DNA of 34,467 nt from Klebsormidium nitens (taxonomy: Eukaryota > Plantae > Klebsormidiophyceae), in NCBI GenBank assembly GCA_000708835.1, contig DF237728.1, positions 1-34,467 of the forward strand. Reading direction: 5' to 3'. How positions within the stretch are numbered: position 1 is the stretch's first letter; every line of letters begins with the position of its first letter. Shown piece after piece: positions 12,901 to 23,999 of this stretch. Both the position numbers and the translations under genes were made by a program. Below the pieces are notes generated by a model. The model did not search any database. It saw only the letters and a list, made by a program, of their open reading frames with translations, and was not told the DNA's origin.

Positions 12901-15900
12901 CGTGTGGGCCTCCTGTGTTGCTCGGCTGGCGCTGCGGCCTGCCCTGCCTGGCCCTGACTGCCCGCGCTGCTGCTGCAGGCCGCGCTCTTCTGTGCGCTGG
13001 GCCGCCAGCTGGCGGAGCACCCGCCTCCCCGCGACCAGCAGGCGGCCGTCCTGAACGACACCTGGAAGGTGAGCCACCACATACGCAGCCCACCTGCGGC
13101 AGCGGGCGCGGAGGCCTGCGCCAGAGGGGGTTCCCTGTGAGCACCACCTATGAGAGGTAGGGGGAGCGGGTCGGTGGACAGCAGGGACCACCAACGGCTG
13201 AATGCTCCTGTTACAAATGCTGAGTCCTCAAGTCAGGTGCACAGCCTGCGCCCGCTCTGAGTCCGCCCGCCCTGCAGGTGGTGGCCCGCTTCTCGGACCT
13301 GGGGGACTACTTGGCGGTGGCGGACGTCATGCTGCCCTTCGTGCTGCGCCACTTCGGGGTGAGCCCCCTCGCCCCACCGCAGGTTTTTCTTGCCTGCGGC
13401 TGGCCCCCTCCTCTCTGTGCGCTCCCCGCTGCCTCTGCCTCCTAGTGCGCTGAGGCTCTTTGGTGGTGCTTGCAGCTGCCCGAGGTGGAGGTCCTCTTGC
13501 GCGACATTGCGCGCCACCTGCGCGGGCCGCCCCCTCCCCCCGCGGCGCTGGCCTCCCTGGAGCACCTCCTGGACACACTGCTCGCCGGCCCCGCCCCCCT
13601 GCCGCACCTCCTCGCCCTGGTGCGCGACCCGCCTCCACCGCTGCGAGTGCCGCTGGTTTCCACTCTGGCCCGCCCCTGGTGGTCGCCCCTCCCCGCTGCG
13701 CTGTCCTGCGTGCATGCTCTGACCGTCTCTGCCTTTCCCTCTGCCTGCGCGCCCTCACTGCCCCGCCCTGCTGTGCAGCCCCAGGTGGGGGCGGTGCTGG
13801 CCGCCTTCGACGGGGACCGCCGCCTCTCCGCCTCGCGCTGCGTCCTGGAGGCGGCCATCAAGTACGCATACCCGCCCTGCACCATCGCTCCGCCTCGACT
13901 GCCACCTTGCCCGCCTGGGCTACGCATTGAAGCGTGTTCCTCCTTGGGCGCCGGTCTGCTCTCCTGGCTGCTCTCGCAGTCTGTGGCCTGCCACTGCTTT
14001 TCCTCTGCTCTGTACCTTCTACGGACGTGCTTCTTGGCTCGCCCTCTGACCCCTTTCTGCCCGCCCCCTGCTAGCTGGCCCGCCCCCCTGACGGACCCTG
14101 CGTGCCTGCCGCCCCTCCTGGCCGCCGCGCGCGCCCTGCACGACGCGGTGGACCCGACCGTCCCGCCTGCTGCGCGTGCTGCCCCCGCCCGCCTGCTCTG
14201 CCGCCTCATTCCCAAGGTGCAGCCCTCCCCTGCTGCCCCGCACCCCGGCCTAAGGCCCTGCCCGCACCAAGGCGGCCCTGCGGCACCACACTGCAATCCA
14301 CCGTGTAACACGAGCATGCGCAGACCGGCCAGCGCAGCACGACCAGCTTCCGATGGGCCTATCATGCCGTCGAGGCAGCGCTGGGCCGGCGGGGATGCCC
14401 GTCGTTGCTGGTCTGACGTGGCCTCGTTCCCCCGCTACTGCAGGTCGCCTTCCGTAATGACACGGAGCGGCAGCTTGCGTTCCTGGGGGACTGCCGGGCA
14501 GCCTTCTGCAACCTGGACGTGCAGGCGAGCCCTCATTTGCTCCCCCCCTCCCGCACCCCCCTTCTCTGCCTACAGCTGCCTACGCTGCCTGGCGCCCTGC
14601 TCGCATGGTCTCCACCGCCGCGTGACCCTGCGTGCTGCGCTTGCTGCAGGGCCCCTTGGTGCATACGGCGCTGCGCCTGGCAGTGACCTCCCAGCGGGCG
14701 GGCGCGCCGCGCGACCTGGTGCGCGCCTGCCTCGCCTTCTGCGCGGTTACCCTGTCGGCGGTGGCCGCCCCGCTGCCGCGCCTGCATCTTGCGCTCGCCA
14801 CTGCCGAGGTGGGCCCTCCCCCTGCGCCTGCGCACCCGCTGCCTTCGGAGCACGCGATTACTCTCCCACGCTGCCTGCCTGCTCCGCTCCCTTGTCATCG
14901 CTGCAGACGCTGTTGTGGGACGCATCCCTGCGTGCTCAGCCTGACGTGTGTGCCCGTGGCTGCCAGGTGGCGGGCTCTGCGGGCGCGCTCGCCCACGCGG
15001 AAGGGGCTCTGCGTGCGGCCATTGATGCCTTGCCCGAGGTGGCGCGGTGGGGGCAAGACGCTGCCACTGGTGAGACTTGCGCTGGCAGCACAGCTCGCGC
15101 AACAGCGCCCTCCATCAGAGCATGTGGGGGGGAAGTGCAAGGAGCAGCCGGGCCACTTGGCGCCTCCCTGCTCGCGCTCTTCCTCACTCCTGTGTCTCGC
15201 TCCTCCGTGCAGCCGCGGCCGCGCCTCCGCCTTGTTCAACTCCTGACGCGGCCCTGGAGGCGGCTGTGCGCAAGCTGGCCAATCTGGTGCTGCGCATCCC
15301 CGGTGAGCTGCCGCATGCGCGCTCCCGGCTGTGAGGCAACCCTGCTGCACTGGATCATCGGCACAATCTGCGTAGGCATGCTGGAGTGCTTGCGTCGGCT
15401 CCCTTCCCGCGGCCACTTACGGCGCGTCTCGTGTATGCAGCGTCCCTCGATTCAGGTCCCTTGGCTCTGCTGCACCGCCTGCGCGCTGCGCTGGAGACCC
15501 TCTCAGGGTAAGCCACCCCCGTCCGTGGCCGCCTCGTGGGACAATGCCCTCTTCGATGCTCCCCTCCAACGAGCGCAGGCATCGCCCCATTGTGCTGCTG
15601 AGGCATTTTTCGGTAGTGACGGATTCGATCATCAGAGAGCTTCCTCAGTTGACAGCGCTCCTTGAGTGGCAGCCTGGGGTCGACCTTGCGCCTTCGCCCT
15701 TTGCGTACCTCAAGAAGCGGGATCAAGCTCCATGCGCAAGCGTCAATCACAAGCGCTTGTCCCAATCTGCCGACTTCCTGTGCTGGCAGCCCGTGTTTCT
15801 CGTGTTTCTTCCGCGCTGACCCCTTCGCCTCGCCCCCCCCCGCCCCAGCTTCTCCCCCGTAGCCACTGCGGCTGTGCTGCTCCCCGTGCTGGCCGCCCTG

Positions 15901-16580
15901 GCGCAGCCCCGCCTGCCGGCGCCCCTCCCCGGCCTGCCCGCCCCTGCCGCCGCCTACTGCGGGGAGCCCGCGTACGCGGCCGACCTTGCGAGCCTGGCCG
16001 CCAGCGTGACTGCGGCAGCCATCACGGCAGCCCACGCGGGAGAAGCACGGGTGAGCACGCCCGTGTGCGCGCCACTGCTCTGCTCCCACACACGAGGGCT
16101 TCCGGGCCCAGCATCTCGCATACTCGCCACCCACAGGGCTGGCCCTGAGGGACCGGCCCGCCAAGTGGATGCACTGAGGAAGAGGGACGGGAGGAACCTC
16201 GAGGGGGCACCGGCATCCCGGGCCTGGCAGGGCAACGTACTGGCAGCGTGCTGACCGCGTGTGGATGGCTGTGTGCAGGCACGCGTAGGGCCGCCGCTGG
16301 GGCCCGTGCTGCGGCTGGTGTTCCAGGTGAGTGCGCGGCAGGCCAGGCGCTGCGGGCGAGCCAGGGGCCGAGTGGGCGCACGTGCCGCCGGCATGGGCAG
16401 CGCACGGGCCAGTGCGTGACTTGAGTCTCGTTGCTGGTCGCTGAAGAGTTAGGAAGGCCGTCCTTCGAATGGGAAGACTGCCGACCGCAATGGGAAGGCT
16501 GCCTTCTAAACCCGAAAGGCTGTGAATCGCTGTCTGTGCAGCCCGGGGATGACCTCGCCCGCATGTGCGCGCAACTCTGA
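9919..16580 (+). CDS. VPS35L: VPS35 endosomal protein sorting factor-like (Retriever/Commander subunit, C16orf62/UPF0505 family), about 899 aa
   Basis: 21 phase-consistent exons: 9919-10095, 10354-10570, 10833-11017, 11240-11402, 11632-11728, 11896-12068, 12297-12466, 12611-12799, 12979-13068, 13278-13358, 13476-13619, 13779-13861, 14075-14216, 14444-14524, 14650-14808, 14967-15069, 15213-15302, 15441-15507, 15849-16050, 16279-16326, 16542-16580 (2700 nt). Family motifs: RNYE...HHPL, [86 protein letters not shown]. Confidence 0.92.
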
Positions 16581-17724
16581 GGGCGAGCAACGGCCAACCG
16601 TAGCCACCAACCACCGAGTCGGAAGAGCCATACGATTGGGGCGGATACACGGGAGAACTTCTGTGGCAGAACATCATGCAGCCACAGTCCTTCTTCGACG
16701 TCTGCGGTTCAAGTATATCATGAATGTTGAGGCGGGCTTCAGAGTAAGCATAAGGGTGCGCGTCGACCGAAAAGTTGCAGAAAGCTTTCCAGATTTCTTA
16801 GCCAATCGGGTGGCTTTTCAGATCCACGTGGTAATTACGGTACATACCAGAGGAGTGATATAGCTCGACAAGTACCGTACCTCCTACCTAACGGTACTAC
16901 AAAGGCAACACTGGAGGCCAAGTAGATTTTTGGTCGACGCGCAACCTAACCTGTCGAGAATATGTGGACAACAAGCTGCATTTACCTATGTACATTGCTC
17001 TATGACATGCTCGTTGCAGTTTCGTTGATGATTAATCGGAGGCTTGTTGAGCTTCTAAATGCATGAAAGCTGTGTAAAAGCGTGCATGATGGTCATTCTG
17101 CCCGACAGGTACGTGTCAATGAGCTTGCCATGGCTAACCTCCGTTACCGTACACAGCCATGGCCACTTTCTACGTCTTGCCAATTGCACAATAAAGCTGG
17201 CATGCATCTGGCCTCAAAGCCGGTGTTAAGGCACACGTGCGTACATTGCCCGGCTGCATATCTTGGGCCCCGGTTAATCTCACGCTCCAACTAAATTGCC
17301 TGTAATACTATTGATGGAATCCGTAATATAAGGCGATCGCACCTAATGGATTGCAAATTCTGGCCGCGCACACCTTGGCCGGATACGAGGTTTAAGGGGC
17401 CCGAGCATGCATCTCATTGCAGCTTTTATAACGTGACAAATGCGATCGTTTGCACGTGACTTGATATGTTTTGGGAAATAGCTGCATTTCATGAGCTTGC
17501 CCATCTGACTCAATAATAATCGAAGTTGAATCATGCTTGCCCGGCCCCATGCTTGTTGAGTTGTACTATAACATGTATGCATGTCCGATAATAAGGCTCG
17601 CGCTATAGGACATGCCAGTTGGCAAATGTAGTTTGAGTTGATTGCATCATGAAGCGAGATTGATTTATTACCAAGGACGTACCCTGTAGTGTAACCATGT
17701 GAGAGGCTATCGATCATTTAAGTA

Positions 17725-18010
17725 CCGTAGTCCAACGTGATGATTCCGAACGATTTTATTTCGAATTATTTTCCAACAATCCGACCAGGAAAGTAGAATT
17801 ATTTATGCTCATTCCGACCAAAATCCGAATGCCCTATGGTCTCACTCAAAAGGGGAATTTTAAGCTGCTTTTGGCAGTTTTACGGCTTCCGAGGACCATT
17901 TCAGAGTTATTTTACGTTTCCGAATTTTCACTTTCCGAATGGAAAATCGGAGTTTCTGACTTTCCGAACGCAGATATTTATTTATTCGGAATCATCACGT
18001 TGGACTACGG
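17725..18010. mobile_element. MITE, Tc1/mariner-pogo (Tc2-like) type, 286 bp
   Basis: Perfect 28-bp inverted repeat TACCGTAGTCCAACGTGATGATTCCGAA (17723-17750) / TTCGGAATCATCACGTTGGACTACGGTA (17985-18012), including TA TSDs. The termini begin CCGTA. The interior is AT-rich with many TTCCGA motifs. Confidence 0.9.
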
Positions 18011-19266
18011 TAGAATTCGCACATGTGCCGCATGGTCCCAAATACTGGAGTTATTGAAGGAACCTCTGCAGTACGTGTGAGGTTCTCATGCAACAAACAT
18101 GTAAATCTACACAGTAGTGCGCGTCTGATATGATATATATCGAAGATTGGATCGGGCATTCAACATAAGGTGTCAATATTCAAACTTCGCATATTTCAAG
18201 TTGCATGCTGGCATGCATGAAATTGCCTGGCATGCAAGTGACCGGAGATCGAAGCTAGGATCTTTTCGGGGATGCACCGTTGTCAACCTGATGCGTCGGT
18301 TGTTTGACCTAAACCGTACGTATACGGCCGCCTTGCTCCAAACAAATCCGCACATGTTTGGTGAAGTAGAAACTCGTTGAAATGGATTGATTATACGAGG
18401 GACGAGCCCAAAACGGTCGCCATATGGGTCCATGATGGCTAGAAATTCTGCCGACAGATTTGTGACTTCCACAGGGCATCATATTAGAACACACGTGCAA
18501 GGGCGTCCGGAACTCCAAAAATCGGCCCCTCGTTGGGGGGGGGCAACACCCCAGGTCTACTTTCTTGCCTCGCATGAGTCATCCGTGTTTTGGGGGATGA
18601 ATGATAGTCCATGCAACCCCTTTCGATCTTCCGGTCGACAAGTATCGGCCACAAATTGAAAGCATTTGAGCTACCCTCTGGAGCTGTCCGTCTGAAAGCA
18701 TCAATATTCCCCCATGGTCGGGAATCATCGGCTTGCTGTCAATTGCAGTCCGTCCCTTTCCGCACGTTCGAGTTTTGGAAAGGCAGCCTCCCAACCGCAG
18801 GGTGGTTAGGCCGTTTGCACCATTGCGCACAGTACATCAGATCGATATGGTCCCTTGATGTCGTCGCATAATCTTGAATATTAGACGCTGCACGAGAGCC
18901 ACACATGGCTCTGATTATGCTTTGATCAAGTTCCGTTTGGTTCTAAGATTATGTAATAAAAAGTCTTGACGTTCCTGGAGGTTAACTTATCAATTTAGCG
19001 GACGCTATATATGCCTCCGTATTGAAAGATTTGTATGCAATTACCTTAATCATTGATGCACGCGCGCAGCTCGCGCGTTGTTGCCCGCCGCGGTAAATGT
19101 TTTAGCAGGGTAAGTCCTCAGGGGATTGCAGCACCTCCGCACAGTGAAGCTCCGGCTCTCCAGCCGGCACCTACAGCGACGGGAGCGCACAAGTGGGGTT
19201 GGAGCCACATTCGCAGATAAGATACCGCAAGAATACTCAGGGGGACCTTTCCGCCGGCAGTCCCGT

Positions 19267-22200
19267 CTAGGACTGACGGGGTAGCTCTTTGCAGAGGTTG
19301 TAGAAATCCAGTCCGTGGCAGTGGCTTCCTCCACGAAACACCTTTTACCGAACCTGCTGGCAAGCCAAAGTGCAAGCCTGCCCTGCTGGCTGGACGAGAT
19401 GGGAGGAGCAGCCCTACCTGGAGCAGCTGAGCAGCGCGGGCATCTTTGTCGACTGCCGCTGGAGCTCCTCTAGGCGTTACGGAAGTGGCTTTCGAGGGGC
19501 CAACAGCTCCGTCCTCTTGCTCAGCTGCTGGTGGCCCTGCAACGCCATTAAAGAAAGCGTTCGGACTTTAGCAACGCACTTCAGTAAAAAAACATGTGTT
19601 GATGCTTACAGAACGATGCACGAACTTCGCTACAATGGCGAGCGGAGGGTTGCAAGCCCAACTTCTCTCGGCCCCCACCTTCTGTTGCAACTCGGGAGTG
19701 CCGTCCCGCCTGCCCCTCGCTCATGCTCACCTGCCTCAGGGGCTCCCAATTCGACAATTACACCCCCCCCGCGCCCTTCTGCTGCCCCGTCACTGGCCAC
19801 CTCCGCTCCGGCGGGCAGTCGTACTGCATGCGCCACAGGCGCGACCTGCTTCACGGCCCGCCCGTTTGGGAGCGTGAAGCTGGCCGCAAAGCCCGCTTTC
19901 ATCCCCCCCGCTGCCCCGTCTGCCGCCCGCCCCTGTTCCTGTCCTCCGTCGCTCCCCCCCCGCTTGTCTGCGGTCCCGATGGCCAGCGTCTGCAGGTCGG
20001 CCATGAGCGTGGCCACGTCGGCGGCCGGCTCCGGCTCCACCGCGCAGTCGACCAGCAGGTGCAGCGCGCGGGCCGACACCCCGCGCGGCCCCAACCCCAG
20101 GACGTTGCGCGCCAACGACGCCGTTGGCCCTGCGCTGCCGGATGGCTGCGCCGCTGCCGGCACACGCAACGCATACCGCAGCCCGTTCGGGAGTAGCGCC
20201 GCGCCTGGCTGCCCCGCTGCTGCTGCTCCTGCGGAGTGCTGAGGGAGCCCGCCGGCCTGCCCGGGGGCTGCCAGCAGCCGCCCCTCCGCTGAGCCGCTCG
20301 CGTCGTTGGGCAACACCGGCTCTTCCGTCCCCTCCCCTCGCTGCGCAGACTCCAAGCTTCCGGCCGTCGGAGACTCCCCCGGCCCGAGCATCCCGGGGAA
20401 CTGCTGTGCGCCCCCTCTCCCCCGGCCCTGGCTGCCCCGAGGTGGCTGCAGCGCCTGGCCGGGTTCCCCTTTCCGCTGCCCCTGCGCTGTGCCGCTTCGC
20501 CAGGGCGCCGGCCCATCCGGCCCCTCCCGCGGCAGGCCCTTGTCGTCGCGGGCGTCCTTCCGCCTCCGCTTCGGCCCGTCCACCACGGCCCACTCCCACG
20601 TCTTCTGCTTCTTCTCCCGCCCGCTGCGCCGCCCTGCGCCATCCCGCGACCCCGCCTCCCCTTCCGACCCCGCCTCTGCGCTCGACTCCCCCTCGCCTCG
20701 TCCTGCCACGTGCGCTGCCGGGAGCGCGCTCGGAGCGGGGTGTGGGGGCGGTTCCACCACGGGCTGGCTGCGCATGGCCAGGTCCTCGAAGCTCTCAAAG
20801 CGGCGCATGGCGGGGCCGGCGCGCAGCGCCAGCTCCTCGAAGCTCTCCACTCGGGCGAACACGGGCCCCACGCGCAGGGCCAGGTCCTCGAAGCTCTCAA
20901 ACCGCTTCATGCCCCCCGCGGTCCCCATCACCAGGTCCTCGAAGCTCTCATAGCTGTTCAGCCCGGCCCGCGCAGACGGCCCTTGCGACCCTAGAGGCTG
21001 CTCCGACCGCTGCAGCTTCTTGGCGAGCGGCGCTCCTCCTTTCTTGTTCAGCGGGGGCCGCCCTTTTGCCGGGGGCGACGTGGGCGGCGCGTCCACCTCC
21101 TCCAGCAGTTTCCGCAGCACCCCATACCCCGCAAACCCATCGTCGTCCGAGCCGCCCTCGCCTGCCTCCGCCCCGCCAGCCGCCGCCTCGTGGCTGCCAC
21201 CCTCCCGCAGCCGCGCTCTCTGCTGCGGGTCAGGGGCCGCCCCTCTGTTCCCCCCTCCCACGCCCTCCTGCTCGGGGCCCGCTCCTATGGGCCCGGCCTC
21301 TGCTCGCGTCTGCAAAGGAGAGCGGCCGTGCGCTGCCGGGGCGGCCGCTTGCGGCTTGAGCAACCGGCTCTCAGCCGCAGCAAAGGTGAGGCTGGAGCTC
21401 TCCCAGCCGCGCGGCCGGGCTTTCCACGGCAGGAAACTGGCGCCCTGCAGCAGGGCGGTGTTGGGCCGCCGCTGGGAGCGAGCCCCCGTCTTGGTGGGCC
21501 GCCGGGTGGACGCGCCCGTCGGGCCCGGCTCCCACCCACCGCGCAGAGCGTCCTGGCTCGACGCCAGCACTTCCGTGCCACCAGGGACGCCACTTCCAGA
21601 GATGCCCGGGATCCCGTCTGGCTGTGCAGCCAGCGGGTCTTCCTCCGGTACCGACTCGAGCGACGCAGTGCTGGTGACGCGCCCGAGCCCTTTCTTCTGT
21701 TTGATCACGTTGAGCACCGCCAGCAGCTTCTGTGCCCCCAGCCGTGTCTGCGCCTGCTTCAGGGGTGAGAAGCGTGCCCCCTTGAGCACCCCCGTCGGCT
21801 TCACCGCCGCAGCTGGCGGGAGCTCCGGCGGGGCTGGGGGCGCCGCAGCCGCGCTCTCCAGCAGGCCCACGAGCGACAGCTGGCTCGGGGTGCGCTTGAT
21901 CAGTGCCGCCTTCTTCACCGCCGCATCGCCCAGCTTGCGCCGGATGCTCCCCTTCTCCGTGCGCTGCAAGCCCTTCAGACTGGAGGCCACCGCTTGCCCG
22001 CCTGCCCTCTCCGGCTTGCCCGCCCCGGCGCCGCCGTCCCCTTTCCGCCTCTTGGCCCCCGGCTGCTGCTGTGCGTGCGCGCCCTTGGTGCCATGCAGCT
22101 GCTCAAGGAGCTGCTTCCCGTCCTTCTTCTCCTCGCGCTTGCGCTTCTCGGGGCCGTCCTTGAGGCTGTTGGCCGGCCGCTTGAGTGCCGCGGCCGCCAC

Positions 22201-23937
22201 CGCGGCCGCCATCAGATTGCCCACCTCCACCTGCTCGCGCTGCATGGGCCGCTGCCGGAACCAGTTGAGGCCGCAGCTGTTGCACAGCGTCTTGGGGCCG
22301 TCCGGGCCGCGCCGCCAGTACGTGCTCTCGCGGGTGCTGCACACGGTGCACCAGACATACCGCCATCAGCAGTAGTAGGTGTACCAATCACGCCATGAGC
22401 CTGACCTTCCTGACAAGTGTGCTGGCGGAAACTCGACAAGAGTCGCCCTGCTGCATGAGCAACACCGCAATCAAGAACCAGCAAGACACAGGCTGAGCAT
22501 GGAAATACCTCCAGTACGCAGTGCAAAGGCAAGCCTGCCACACCGCCTAGAAGCAGTGACATACCCGCAGTAGTGGCAGTGTATGTCCCCCCCCACTTTC
22601 GCCGCAGGTGACGGGGCCACTTTTCTCTCGCTCTTCCCCCCCCCTTTCCTGCCTGCAGCCTGCCCAGCATGGGCCTGGGTGGCGCCAGCATCCCCTACCG
22701 CCTGTCGTGCCTCCGCCTGCGCGCCGCACCCCAGCCCATCCAGCGCCGCGCCGGGGCTGCTGCCAAAGTCCTCAAACCTTGTCTCATCTTGGCCCCCTCT
22801 CCCAGTCAGTATGTTTGGCTCCCCAGCATCCTGTGAGTGGGTCGGGGGTGGGGCCCTTGGGGAGGCTGCCGGCCCGCCGCCTGTTTCCACCTTGGCAGCC
22901 TTGGCCCTCTTCTTGGCCACACCCTCCAGCTGGGACGCCTGCCAGAGTCCAGGACAGGAGTGTCAACAGCGCCACGGAGGTGGCGGGCAGCCCCGCTGGT
23001 GATCACAAGTGGGGATCACAAAGCAACCACAGCAGCAGCAGTTCCTGTGCAGCAGTTCTGCCTGCCTACCTTGGTCTAATCACAAGTGGGCTATAAGAAT
23101 GCACCGTGCTGGTGCTCGGCACATTAAAACTCTCAACTTGCATAATCTCAGTGTTTGCACCAGCGGCAGGCATCCCCAGGGGGTCACTGGCACCAGGGCA
23201 AGCATGGGTGCGGCAGCCTGCTCTAGTGCGCCTCCTCCCTACGCTGCGGCGGCCCTCACCTCTGCCGTGGCCGTGTCCTCTGCGAGGGCCCCCCGTGTGC
23301 GCATCTTCACCGTGTCCGCCAGCGACCGCTTGTTCGCCCTCCGCACAGCCTGCCGGAAGGAGGAGAGAAGCGTCACATCTTGCATGCCTGCTCTGGAACA
23401 CCGTCGGTCGCATAAGATCGTGTTGGACTGGGATTGCCTATAAGGGGCACTGGGCTGATCCAGCATCAAACTTCTCTGACATTGTTTGACCTGACTATGA
23501 TGAGTTCGATGGCAGAATCATCGAAGCGACTTCAGCCCACTGTTATTACGATGCTCCCTAGCGCACCTTGCGAACCTGTACGTGCTCTTGCAAGCTGGCA
23601 AGAAGCTCCAGGATGGGAGCCCTACCTCGTGGCCGGGCTTCGGGGACGGTGTGATGGCGGGGAGGGGAGTAGGCTCTGCCGACCCTGCACAGCAGGACAG
23701 CGGGCATGGGTCTCCCAACACAACGATGGGTGGGCACCCTACTCGGGGCAACAGCGCCAGCGTTCAACAGCAGATTACGAGAAAGACGGGGGAACATTCA
23801 TGACTTCCCGCCAACGCGCGCTCCCTGCCTTCGTCCTTACCTGAGGACTGATTCCCGTTCTGGTCTTCTGCGCTATGTGGAGAAGGCAGACTAGACGCCT
23901 TGCTGGGGGCAGTCAGCGGCATCGCTGAGGGATCCAT
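19267..23937 (-). CDS. GATA-type zinc-finger transcription factor (C-X2-C-X18-C-X2-C) with a very long low-complexity C-terminus, about 1120-1140 aa
   Basis: Phase-consistent exons 23937-23841, 23684-23626, 23349-23260, 22938-22565, 22336-19731 and 19536-19418. The last exon is ambiguous (19353-19345, 19341-19267, or read-through to 19118). The spliced finger reads [30 protein letters not shown]. Basic NLS-like patches include KRKREEKK and PKRRRK. Confidence 0.85.
20779..20952 (-). repeat. Coding tandem repeat, 4 x 51 bp (17 aa, xxRFESFEDL core)
   Basis: CAG(G/C)TCCTCGAAGCTCTC recurs at 20779, 20830, 20881 and 20932, an exact 51-bp period, in frame within the GATA exon. Confidence 0.95.
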
Positions 23938-23999
23938 GTTGTTCGACTGCCGGTGGTTGAAGGGGTGCTGCCCTCCAGCTTCTCAAAAGTCCAATGCAG

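Noticed and set aside
13470-15665. 731-aa ORF and several stop-free 3n introns (5099-5239, 12467-12610, 13620-13778, 13862-14074)
   Set aside because: The ORF drifts in and out of the VPS35L frame. Stop scarcity is expected at this GC content, and splice signals plus homology define the exons.
21020-22375. 451-aa plus-strand ORF and other antisense ORFs (for example 12221-13147, 4686-5678, 20124-21359)
   Set aside because: These are shadows of GC-rich coding strands with no domain signatures.
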